Part shown: piece by piece, positions 41,293-52,770 of the stretch | Layout of the letters: each line of letters starts with the position of its first letter | How positions within the stretch are numbered: position 1 is the first letter of the stretch | Assembly (NCBI GenBank): GCA_002269645.1 | Contig: NIVC01000822.1 | Coordinates: 124,001-188,000 of the forward strand | Length of the DNA: 64,000 nucleotides | Reading direction: 5' to 3' | DNA from: Macrostomum lignano | Lineage: Eukaryota | Notes under the pieces: model-generated | What the model was told of the DNA's origin: nothing | Database searches by the model: none | Seen by the model: only the letters and a program-made list of their open reading frames with translations | Position numbers and translations under genes: made by a program

Positions 41293-43180
41293 TGTCAGTT
41301 CGCCACTGTGTGGACACCTTGGCCAGACGAAGACATTGAAGCGGCTACGTGAACGATTCTGGAGGCTCGGATTAGCCCGTGTCACCGAGAACTTTATCAG
41401 TAAGTGCCGCGCCTGTCTTGAAAGTAAATCCCGAAGACGAGACCGAGTACCTGTACAGAGCTTCCCTGTGTGCGAAGTCCTGGGAAGAGTACATTGCGAC
41501 GTAGTAGGCCCAATTGCCCAGAAGAGCAAGAGCGGGAACCGCTACATCTTGACGCTATGCGACGCGACGTCGAAGTACCCGTTCGCCTATCCGATGAGGA
41601 ACCAGAAAGCCAAGACGGTCATCAAGATCCTGCAGGAGCGCTTGATCCCTGACTTTGGTGTACCATGCTGGATACACACTGATCAAGGAACCAATTTCAC
41701 TGGCTCAGCTTTCAAGAAGTTCTGCGACCTGTTTGGCATCCGGCATACGACGACAACACCGTACAATCCAGCTTCAAATGGGCAAGTCGAGAACCTCAAC
41801 AAGCAGCTGAAGAGTGTCCTCACCTGCCTCCTCGAGCGCAACCATAACGACTGGGACACCTTCCTCCCAGCCTGCTTGATGGCGCTCCGCTCTAGCGTAC
41901 ACCCGGTGACAGGTTTCACGCCTCACTACCTGGTGTTTGGTCGAGACTTTGGACTACCAATCGACAACGCGATCAAGAAGCTGCCGGAGTATGCCGATCT
42001 GCCTGACTATGTCAAGGACTTCCAGCGCCGCTTAGACGAAGCAACCGAACTGGCCAAAGACCGCCTGCATCTGCACCAGCAGCTGCGTGACGAGCACTAC
42101 TCAAACCTGCCCGCCGCCAAGAAGCTCCAACCTGGTGACCTGGTTTTCCTCAACAACCCGGTGCTCGAACCGGATGAAGCGGCGAAGTTCCATCGACCTC
42201 GCAAAGCGCTGTACGAGGTAGTCGAACCCAAGGGCGAGGTCGTCTACAAGATTCGCCGTAGAGTGCCAAACCCGCGAGCCAGGCTACTCTTCCCTGATGC
42301 CGACTACCAGCTGACTTCGGATCCAGAAGTCGACCAGGCCAAGAAGCGCCGCAGGTCGACTGATGCCCCGGATGGTGCAGGACCCGCGACCCTGACACCG
42401 ATCCCGGAGGACGATCCCGATGATGATGACGATGACGATGACGCATGGCCGGCCTTCCGGTGGCGCTTCCGGCCGTTGGCGATCCCGGATGTGCAGCCAG
42501 GAGGTGGACCGGTCACGACACTAGCGAACCAGGCAAGTGCATTTCGGCGTGAGCCACTGCCGTATGGTGATCGCCATGATGGTGTGCCTGGTTTGAATGC
42601 GTCTGCACATGTTGCTTCTTTTTCACCTGTCCATGCGTCCCCTTCTCCAGAACCTTTTTCTGCGGCGCAGTCTCCTGCGCCACCTTCTTGCACCACTCAG
42701 GTGGAAGCGTCTCCCGTACCAGTAGTGGTAGGTAGGCCAGTTAGGGATCGGAGGCCGCCGGAGAGGCTTCTGATTAGCGATCCTAGGGCCAAAACGTACG
42801 TCAGTCGCACCGCCCGCATGCGTGTGCACAAATTAAAACATTTCAGCGCAGCAATGCACAAGCGCCCTTATCAGGCGAACTCAAGCGCGTCCTCTGAGGA
42901 TGAGCAGGGTCGGCCTAGCCGGAGCCGCCACAGGCAGGGAACCCCGTCCTCCCCGGAGGTCATGGGTGTCCCGCGCCGACCTTTAGGGAGCGAGAGAGAC
43001 GCAACGACTCCCCATCACCCGAGATGCGACGGAGCCGACCTAGCCACCGAGCCCGAAAAACGGTCCGCGTGGAACTCCCCGAGGTCATTGACCTCACGGG
43101 TGACTCGCCGCCGGGCGATGCCCCGGTTCGCCGGCTCACGGCTCAGCGGCTGGCAGCTGCCCTTGCCTATGCTCAACTAG
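41293..43180 (+). CDS. Ty3/Gypsy integrase (5'-truncated pol) with long C-terminal extension
   Basis: GHLG..KTL..L..RFW..C..C zinc-binding region; rve motifs VHCDVVGP, IHTDQGTNF, NGQVENLN; RRPPERL tail. The annotated ATG at 41267 lies in the minisatellite and is not the true start. Confidence 0.92.
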
Positions 43181-43842
43181 AGCAGGAGGTGAGCCGCGGG
43201 TTACGCGCGGTCCGCCGCCAGATACGAGCCGCCTTTCCAGATCCCGACCCGGAGCCCGGCCACCTGGAGGCGCACCGAAATGATCTTAGCGAGGCCGTCG
43301 CCGGAGGCCCAAGGGACCCCCCGCAGCCAGGGTCCCCCATGTCCTTGGTCGAAGGCGCCCCGTCGCCGAGAGCCGGCCAAGAGGAATCGGCTGAGCCGGC
43401 CGGTCTGTGGGACGGCCTGACGGCCGCACTGAGCCGCGAGTTACCACGTGCGCCACCGTCAACGCCAGAGAATCCGCCAACGATGGCGAATGCCAGCACG
43501 CAAACGGCCGACCCGGAGCCAGCTTCGCCCGCCGACGAAGCGCGGGCGGCTCTGTTGATGGCCGGTGCTGGCCTGGCGCGCAACCTCCTGGTCGCCGCGG
43601 CTCGACACGGCCACTGGCCGCAGGTGTTCGCGGGTCCGGTATGGAGCAGCCTGCGCTGGACGACGAGGGAAGAACGCTCGGCCCTGTTCGAAGAGGCTGT
43701 TCGTCTGGGCGGGCCGGACTTGCAGCAACCGAATCGCCCATACGCTGTACACCTGGCGGCGATCGAGATCGCCCGGCATCTCGGCGGCAGTGATGCTGAC
43801 CTGCCGGCGGCCCTGGCCCGGCCGTCGATGCAGTATTTCTGA
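42854..43842 (+). CDS. Accessory 3' ORF of the Gypsy element, unknown function; probably one gene with a 1-nt frameshift near 42960-42985
   Basis: Open 272-aa frame 43024-43842 with EVIDLT motif. ATG at 42854 follows an AT-rich TTTCAG acceptor-like site. Confidence 0.55.
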
Positions 43843-44195
43843 AACAATGGTGACGAAGAAGCTGCAATTTAACTATGGTATTCAGGATGAAGTGATCTCG
43901 CCAACCCGCAACTCTCTCCCAGTTAGGGATGGAGATGCCTCCACGCGTGCTTAGGCGCCCCCCCCTGTTTTCTTTTCTCTGGTGGGCTGGCGCCTCCACT
44001 TCGTATTTAGGCGCCTTGCTAATAGCAGGCCGGCGCCCCTGCGGTAGCGGGCAACAACCTTTTTGGCCTGCCCAGCCAAGCAGTTAAAGACAGAAATTTT
44101 CCCGTTCATGTTTAAGTTGTTTCTCTATGGTCAGTAAATGCATGTTCATCATGTTTTAAATAAAGCGCGCGCCGCTTCACTCCGCCTTTTTATTT

Positions 44196-44207
44196 GAACG
44201 GGGAGAG
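44196..44207 (+). promoter_or_regulatory. Polypurine tract
   Basis: GAACGGGGAGAG directly before TGTAG. Confidence 0.7.
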
Positions 44208-45175
44208 TGTAGTGAGTCGCTAGTTTAGTTAGGCGCCGAGCTAGTCAGCTGTTGCCCTCGCCTTCTCCCAGGTTTCTGTCTGCCGCTGGGCAGTTGCCTG
44301 TCCCTCCCGCCTGTCCCCTGGCCTGTCCTCTGCCCGTTTGTCTGTCTGTCTGTTTGTCCTCGTTTGCCCCTTTTTGTCTCGTTTTCCCTTTTTGCAGTGC
44401 CCAGACAGCTTGGTCTGGCCTGCCTCTGTTTCGTTCTCTGTCAGGCATCTACAAATTTGGAGTGCCTTTCTGTTTTCCGGTCCCACGGTCACGAGTGCCT
44501 TCACTTGTGGGCCGTTTCCCCTTGTCATGTGAGCCAGTCACATGACAAGGCCCTCTTCCTTCTTTAGTCCAAAGTGCAATGATTTCATCATTGTACGCTG
44601 GGCTCGTGTTTATGGGGAGATCACGTGCGCCCGGACCCCCCTTGCCTCCTCTGAGGCAGGGCCCGCTTGTTTGTTGCTAAAAATAGCAACAGAGTCACTT
44701 ATGACGCTCAGCGGGGGCCTTTCGTGCTATGGTGCAATCGATCCTCCCTATAAATGCGGCCCTTCTCATGGCTTGGCTCAGACAAGCGTTTTTCCGCGTT
44801 CCGTTTCGTTCCTAGCGAACACTAAGTTGTGTGCCAAGTTGGCGCTTAAGTTGAACTCCAAGACTCCCGACTTTGCGCGTGACTGCCTCTGATTGTTCCT
44901 GCTATCAGCTAGCAGGCCAGCTCAGATCGCCCGAAGCTAGCACTTTCGCTCTCACCCCGCACCAGCCCGGCAGGGACTGCTGACGGTGGGCACCTCTGCG
45001 CGAGAAATGCTAAATCTGCACGAAGTGCGAGTCTCTTTCTCTCGTCTTAGTTATTTGCTTCTACGAGCTCAGCACCTCACCGAAGGCTGCGACTCTGCGA
45101 AGCTGGTGGCAGCACTACCAACGCTACTAGATCAACCCGGAGACTTCCCAGAGGAGCTCAAGCAACTGTACTTCA
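44208..45175 (+). mobile_element. LTR (968 bp)
   Basis: TG...CA termini bounded by a PPT on the left and a PBS on the right. Confidence 0.8.
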
Positions 45176-45176
45176 C

Positions 45177-45196
45177 TGGTGGCAGCGGTGGGATTC
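45177..45196 (+). promoter_or_regulatory. Primer binding site, tRNA-Leu
   Basis: TGGTGGCAGCGGTGGGATTC is complementary to the typical eukaryotic tRNA-Leu 3' end GAATCCCACCGCTGCCA-CCA. Confidence 0.85.
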
Positions 45197-45261
45197 CAAG
45201 ACCTACGGCTAGGCCACCCGAGACAAAATAAGAAACCACCAACAACAGCAACTGTACTTCA

Positions 45262-47689
45262 AAAACTTTCACCAGCAAAAAAGTTTCCTTCATCAGCCCA
45301 AAACCCTTTTTTCAATCAGCAAATAGTGCTTATCCTTTCAAGCACAAACTCTTAGAGAGCATATCGTCATTGGCCTGGGCGTATTCTGGTCCGCAGCAGA
45401 ATCTCAATATGCCAACCCTGACGGCCTTTGACACCCCTCTTTATTAGCCTAACTCAAAGAATCAAACCTTAAATAAATACGCTGTTATTTCCTATCAGCA
45501 GAATTCAGCATCACTTGTGTGTACTATTTCATTATCTGAATTAAATGAGCTACTTGAGCTGTACTACTTGACGATCTGACAATCGCTCAAAAACCTAACA
45601 CCCTCCCCCCAAAAATTCAGCCATCCCCCATGAGCCTTGACATCTCAGCAATTCCCCCAGTAGGCCTTGACATCTCCGAAATTCCCTCAGTAAGCATCGA
45701 CATCGCAGCAATTAAACTCGAGCCTTGACATCTACGCAATTCTCCCAGGCCAGTAAGCCTCGACATCTCAGCAATTCCCCAAGTAAGCCTTGAAATGTCA
45801 GTAATTCCCACAGTAAGCCTTGAAATCTCAGCAATTCCCCCAGTAAGCCTTGACATCTCAAAATTAACCCCAGTAAGCCTCGTCATCTCAGCAATTACCC
45901 CAGTAAGCCTTGACATCTCAGCAATCCCCCAGTAAGCCTTGACATCTCAGCAATTCCTCTAAGAAGCCTTGACATCTCAAGAATTTTCCCAGTAAGCCTT
46001 GACATCTGAGCAATTCCCATGAGCCTTGAAATCTCAGAAATTACCCCAAAAAGGCCATGACATCTCAGCAATTCAACCAATAAGCCTTGAAATCTCAGCA
46101 ATTTCTGAGATGTCTCCACAAAAACCTGAAATTATCCCTTCCAATCCCAAAAACAGACTGCAGTCATACTCTAGCGGCCTAGAATTGTCCCCACAGCAAA
46201 CAAAAATTTACTCAACAGTCCACAGTAATCCACAGTTACCACCTCAGCAGTTTGCAGCTATACGCTCATAAGTCTGGAGCAAAGATAAAAAGAGCAAAGA
46301 ATATGGTCTGGAGGAGCTCCGTCTGCACATCTCACATCTTTAAATCTATGAAATGATCCTCCAGACCAGACAATATGATCTATTTGTCTGGAGAAACTAC
46401 CTTAGCAGTTTGCAGTTTGTCCCCTTTGCAGTCTGCAATGATCCTTTTGACAATCTGCAGTTCTTCTGTCGGCCGGCTCCTCAGTCTCCTGCTTAGCAAA
46501 CTGCAATGATATTTTCAACAATAAAAACTTGCTAACAGTTTAGTACGACTCATTAATCAATTTTCGATACATATCGGCAGCTTTTTGCACAAATCAGCAT
46601 TAAGCAATACCTTCATTCCTAAATAGCAAGCATCCCCCAAAAGAAAGCAATCGCAGCATCTCCCCCCGTCAACCTGGTAATCTCAGCACTTCCCCCCATA
46701 AGCCTTTGAAACCTCAATTCAAGCGATTCTTCCAGTAAGCCATGGCATATCGGCAATTCCCCATGGGCTTTTAAATTTCAGAAATGCCCCAAAAAGCCAT
46801 GAAATCTCAGCAATTCCTGAGATATCCCCACAAAAACCTGAAATTATCCCTTCTAATCCCACAAAACAGACTGCAGTCATTATCTTAGCAGCCTGGAGTT
46901 ATCCCCTTGCAGTCTATACACTTTCATTAACACTAAGCATTTATCCCCCTCAGCAGCCTAGAACTGTCCCGTCAGCAAACCACAATAATCCACTCAGCAG
47001 TCCACAGTAATCCCCTAAACAACCTGCACTTAATCACTTAAAAAGTACAGTTTTGAAACTGATGTCTTGCTATCCTATCTTCTCTGAGAGTTGTCTTGCT
47101 CAGAAGTCTACCAATCCTCCAAGCAGCCCCCTCAGCAGTTTTCAGCTATAGGCTTATAAGTCTGGAGGAACTACCTCAGCAGTTTTCAGTTTGTCCCCTT
47201 TCAGCAGTTTTCAGTTTGTCCCCTTTGCAGTCTGCAGTTCTCCTCTCGGCCGGCTCCTCAGTATCCTCAGCAAACTGAAATAAAGGATCCTTTTAAGAAT
47301 CTGATTTTTTTTCAGCATTTATTACGGTTCACTAATCAATTTTCGATACATATCGGCAGTTTTTTTCACAATTCAGCCTTTATTTTAACAATAAATTTAG
47401 CAGCTTAGCAATTTTATACTTTCATGGAGCTAGGCAATACCCATTGATGCGATGAGTAATACGCGAAGCAGTTTTTTACAAATCAAATTTGCTTAGTAAA
47501 TTAGCAAAAAAATTCCATTGAGTGTGCCTTGAAAATTCAACAAAAATATTCCTATTAGTTGAGCCCGAAGCTATATATAAATGAATAAATAAATTTAATT
47601 TTAATCATCCGCCGAGGAAGCAGGCTCGAACCTTGGACCTTACGCCTAGCCTAAACCTAGTCCTAGTGCCTACACTGCGGCTATTCCGC
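45262..47689 (-). repeat. Second copy of the family-C internal block (30-bp minisatellite, CAGACTGCAGTCAT module, tRNA-like head)
   Basis: About 45280-46090 resembles 35790-36500, and 46830-47689 resembles 38330-39143; 46140-46610 is a further copy of the same module. Confidence 0.75.
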
Positions 47690-47899
47690 AGTGTTCCGCA
47701 GTGAAACTTTTCTCAGTTGTGCCTCACGCTGCAAGTTTATAACTTTCTAATTTTTACATTTTTCAAAAGAAGTTTTTGCTCTCGTCTCATCTCATTTCTT
47801 TTCATTTCATTTTCATTTCTTTTCATTTCATTTTCATTTCTTTTCATTTCATTTTCATTTCTTTTCTTTCAATATCTCGTTTCCTTTCATCTTCCTCCA

Positions 47900-48871
47900 A
47901 TGAACTATTTCTTCCCTGGCTTCTCTCCATACCCATCGATGTTTTTTTTCACACCCCTACCCAATTTGGCCGTATCCATACAACTGTCAACTGCAACTGC
48001 AACAGAGCCAACAGCAACGGCACGATGGGCAGCAGCCCCAAGAGCAGGCGCAGCCTGCGTTGTCACCAAAGGCGACCCGACCGCTCCCGAGATCCTGGAC
48101 GTCGTGGCGGTACGTGGAGCCTCGCCCAACTGCAGCTTTGACGAGGAAAGACGCGCGCTCGGTCTAGCTATTAACTGGCTCAATGCCCACCGTGCACCCG
48201 GCAGCGTGCTCATCTGTTCTGACAGCAGGGCACTCCTAGACGCTCTTCTTAGCTCCCGCCCAAATTGCCTGCTCCCGGACCTCTCTTGCGCTACTGCATC
48301 CATCACGCTTCAATGGGTCCCGGCACACTGCGGAATCATCAGCAACGAGGCAGCGGACGCAGCTGCCAAGGCCGCTGCTGCTGATGTCACTGCCGACACC
48401 GCTGTGGCCGCCACCTCTTTCCGCAGTGCAGCGGCAGCGATTCGTCGGGTGATCAGCGACCCTCCGCTGTCCCATGCCCGCACCGCCGCTGTCTACTGCG
48501 CGCTTAACCGCCAACGGGATCGGCAGGAGTTGCTGAATCGGCAGGACGCAGTGCTCCTGGCTAGACTCCGTGCTGGACATTGCAGTCTTCTTCGGGCCTA
48601 TAGCAGCATTGTCAACCCGACTGCCGACCCCGTTTGCCACCGCTGCAGGGAAGGCCCGGAAGACCTCGAGCACTAGCTCGGTTGCCAGGCCCTCCGGCAT
48701 CTGAGGCTCTCGATTTTCGACACGGACAGACTGGACCTCGGGGTCCTGACCGCCGCCCCAGCGAGGTCGGTGGCGCTAGCGAGACGCAGTCTCTGACTGT
48801 CCTCGGCGCCTATGCCCCAACAACAACAACAACAACAGCAGCAGCAGCATCAGCAGCAGCATCAGCAGCAT

Positions 48872-48904
<33 letters not shown>

Positions 48905-49392
48905 CAGCAGCAGAAGCAGCAACGCGGTCGCTACGATTTACGAAGAAAGATCGAAATTAGGAAAAAACGTCGTCTCAAGAGACAAGCGATGTTAAAATTT
49001 ATGAAGAAGCGTAAGTTAACTTTTTAATCTCTCATGCCTAATTTGGGCTCTATAAAAACTTGTAGAACTTTGTAATCTACTTTATAATACGCGAGTCTAT
49101 TAAGAAAGTAAGGACTTTGAATTTCTTCACTCACTGCAGTCGCTGAAAAAGTATTTTGTATCAGCAGAAGTGAAAGAATTACTCTTATATAAAATTTACA
49201 GGTACTATGTGCTTCTACTGCCTGGAAGTAGGGCATAAGGTAGCGGACTGCCGGCACACTGCTAACGCAGCCACTGCCGCTTCAAGGGCTACGACGGCCA
49301 CTGCTGCTAACCCAGCCACTAAGCCCGCTGGGGTCGCTGCTGACGACGTACATTTAGCTACTGACGACAGCGGCGTCGCTGCTGTTGAATAG
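47900..49392 (+). pseudogene. Two-exon gene for a ~131-aa basic CCHC zinc-knuckle protein, disrupted by a LINE insertion
   Basis: Removing 48020-48924 rejoins an open frame. Intron 49011-49201 (GTAAGT...TTTACAG) splices in frame to CFYCLEVGHKVADC. One extra T in the T8 run at 47942-47949 must be removed. Confidence 0.7.
48020..48916 (+). mobile_element. 5'-truncated RNase H-containing non-LTR retrotransposon (I-superfamily-like)
   Basis: E..ALGLA, ICSDSRALLDAL, LQWVPAHCGIISNEAADAAAK, LARLRAGH and CHRC...EH*LGC. TAG at 48674 interrupts the frame, which ends at 48796. (CAA)n/(CAG)n tail; candidate TSD CAGCAACG at 48012-48019 and 48917-48924. Confidence 0.88.
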
Positions 49393-50290
49393 CTTGAATA
49401 GCTTGTACTGGTTAATTGTTTTCCAACTTCTTTCTATTTCAATTAATTTAATTTATTACTAAATAACTCATTCTATAACTAACAAACTATATGCATATAA
49501 CTAATATTAAATGAAAGAATGATGACATGGCAACCTTTAAATTGTGTTCTAAACTGGTCATCTGAAAGTTTTTAGACAGGAGTTTTCAATTGTCTTGAGT
49601 TTTTCTTTTTCTCTTTTATCGTAATTACGACATCCTACAATTGAAGCCAGAATGTACAATTGTTCAATCCTTTGTCGAATCAAATGGGATTTTATTAGGC
49701 AGTATAATTCAATCAATATACCCAGTTGGGTATATATGGCCCAGCTGTCATTTATTGTCCGTAGGTTAGCCAATTTGCGCCCGCTATTCTCTTGCGAACT
49801 TTGGGTGAGGCTTATCGGGAGGGCTGAATAAGCGCGCGTGACATAAGCGCGGATGTGCATTTTTGGCAAGTGTGGAAATAAGCGCGCACGGGTACAAGCG
49901 CGCAAAAACCACAGTGACTTTACCGCGCAGGCCATTTTTACGGCTGAGACATAAGCGCGCAGGCAATTTTTATGACCATCCAGCACAAAGTCAGGAAGCT
50001 TTATCCATATACTAAAAATGGTCTGTCGTTTTCTCTACATTTATTTTTCACAAAGTTAAAATGCTTAGTCTTAAAATTTTACAATGCTGCGACTAAAATG
50101 GTAAAATGTTCAGTAGCTAAGAATAGAACCACAAGTTATGCAAGTCTGAGGCCGGGTTTTGAAGGTCTGTCGCTGGCTGCAGCTGATGGTCCGACACTGG
50201 CTGCTGGAAGAGCTGGGATACGGGAGGGCTGAATACGCCGGTCTTATTATTCTAACTTCAAGCTGCAGCATTCAGATTGATGCGTCTAGA

Positions 50291-50430
50291 ATGTGCGCTT
50301 GTGCCAGACTCATGCATTTTAAATTTGCTTGTGCCAGACTCGTGCATTTTAAATGTGCTTGTGCCAGACTCATGCATTTTAAATGTACTTGTGCCAGACT
50401 CATGCATTTTAAATGTGCTTGTGCCACTAA
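50291..50430. repeat. 30-bp tandem repeat (GTGCTTGTGCCAGACTCATGCATTTTAAAT), about 4.5 units
   Basis: Read directly. Confidence 0.92.
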
Positions 50431-52770
50431 GAGCAGTTACTAAATGCGCGCTTATGTCATGCGTCATGTATCTATTATTTCGGGGAACGGGGGGGGGGGC
50501 GGCAGCCCCCTCGAGACTACGACAATGCCCTTTAGACACTGGCGCTCCTTGACGGTTGCATTTTAGCGTTTGTTCTAACGGTTTTTGCGCCCTTTTGGCA
50601 GTTTTGGCACCCCGGATTGACCCTGATTGGCATCCCTATAACATGGCACCCCTCGTGCTAACTGGCGCCCCTTGGCCTCCGAAAAGAAATTATATAACTG
50701 CTCCTGGCTAAAAGTATAAATTTGTCGATGCAAAATTTCTACATTCTACATTCAATAAATTATAAGTATTCATCCTTCCAAATTCTTCATTCCATTCCCA
50801 CTTAGTCTAAGCCCACTTAACTCCGAAATAATGTTGAGAAATAACTCAGTTCTTCAATCCTAATTCTGCTTCTCAGTCTCCTACTGTCCAACATTGTTTA
50901 ATCATACCCTCAGTTTCTTCGCCCTCAATCTCAGGCGCATAGTTTTTTGTCTCTTCGATAGATATTAGAGGCCGAATGTGCAATGCTAAGAGAATGATGT
51001 ATGAAAGGAATTATTAGACTTGATTTTATAATTAAAAGCAGAGCCTGTCCAGATACTCGTGTATTTGTGTACTTGCTCCGTTGCATTATTTTGTCGCAAA
51101 AAAAACATTTCTTAATCGGTCCCAATTGGTCTCAATTGTAAAGATATATTAGAAGCATCCACAAAGTCATTGAGTAGTCAATGAATTTCATCTAGTCGAA
51201 AAAGCTGCTAATCAAAGAACCTACCTACTAAAATTATCATGCTTGCTTGTCAGCCCATTTTTAATTAGTATGTACATGTATCAAACGTAGGATTCTGCCA
51301 AAAACGTCAAATAGAGCGCTCAGACTAACTCGAAATGCTTTTAACTTCGTTTTTTCTTACTACTTGAAGCAGCTCTGAAGCTTTTTACTTCATCTATTCG
51401 CTTATGGCTGATTCATACCGCCATCAACCCCATCAAACAGTCGACTCACACTACTTAAGTACAAAAGGATGGAAAAGAATGTACAAATCTCGTGTTCATT
51501 CTAGCCGTAGAATGGCAGCCGTAAGTTGTTCCAAATAAAAAATACCAAAGACATTATTCAGGACTTTCCACTTCTTAATATACGGTAAGTAGCCTACTTA
51601 CTAATAGTATCGTAGAAGTCATAGTGAAATGAAAAGCATTATCTTTATATTGACGCCTCCATCTAGATGGCTTTAAATACTCGTATACTCAAAATTTTCC
51701 TTGAAAAAACGAAATCTAACTAAAAAAAGCCGTGAAAGGAGTTTTTAAAAGTTTTCGAGGGGTATTAAATAAGAGCTTTTCATTCCACATCAAGACTTGG
51801 TCAAAATTAGCACATATTTAAGTATACTTACTGTAACATACATGTAAAAAACATACAGTAAACTAAGCTGATATAATATTTGATGAAATGAATACTTTGT
51901 ATTATAAGTCCGTACTCATATATAAGAGTGCAGTAACCGTCGGGTCTTAGCTGTTGTCACGTTATTTGCGTAGCAGTGGCTATGGCCCTCAAAAGGGCCG
52001 TTTGACGAGAGTACTGACGTTATTAGTCCCAAAAGGATGGTGAACTCAACAATGGCAGAGTAGAGTTTGTAGCGGTAGCACTTGGCAATGGCGGTAGGTA
52101 ACAAAAGACGCCAACTGGTTTATAATTATCAATGTTAATATGAATACAGAAGCTTATGACGTTATGGGGCACTGGCGGCTGCAACAATGGGTTGATGTGA
52201 TCTAGTCGTATAGATGAAAGTTGAGTAGATGATGATATTGGAATGAAGCCGAGTAGCAAGTGATGGCTGTGAGCACAGTGATGGCAGTGAGCAGCAAGTA
52301 GGCAAAAAGACAAAGTGGCGAGATTGGGCGTCGGCCCGTAGCAGTACACAGTGGAGCAAGAGTGCGTAGACAGTCTGGCCCAGACAGAGTGGAGCCGTGG
52401 CGAGAGATCAGGAAAGGAAGGCACGCCAGAACAGAAGCGAAGAAAAGGAAAGGAAAGGAAAGGAAAGAAAGGAAAGTGAAAAAAACCCCCAGCCCGCCGC
52501 CAGGCGGGGTTAATAAAGGAGCGCAGGAGGGTTAACATAATATATGCGGAGAGTTATCATTGGCTGGCGAGGGAAAAACAAGAAACAGAAATTATCGATT
52601 GCGCGAGACCCTACAGGCGTACGCAAAGCTTACAAAGTACGCAGTGATTTAGCAATTGATACAGATTAGTTGCGCGCTACTACAAGTAAACGTAAGAATA
52701 CACAATTGGAAATTTTAAATGAGAAATTGTAAGGAAAATTGCAGTCCAACGGCCCTTTTGCGGGACCACT

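Noticed and set aside
47717-48019. N-terminal part of the 319-aa RNase H ORF
   Set aside because: Chance fusion of TTCAT repeats and the interrupted host exon with the LINE frame.
52492-52512. CCCGCC-GCCA-GGCGGG hairpin beside an A run, resembling an intrinsic terminator
   Set aside because: Eukaryotic context; no adjacent CTAG or supporting element.
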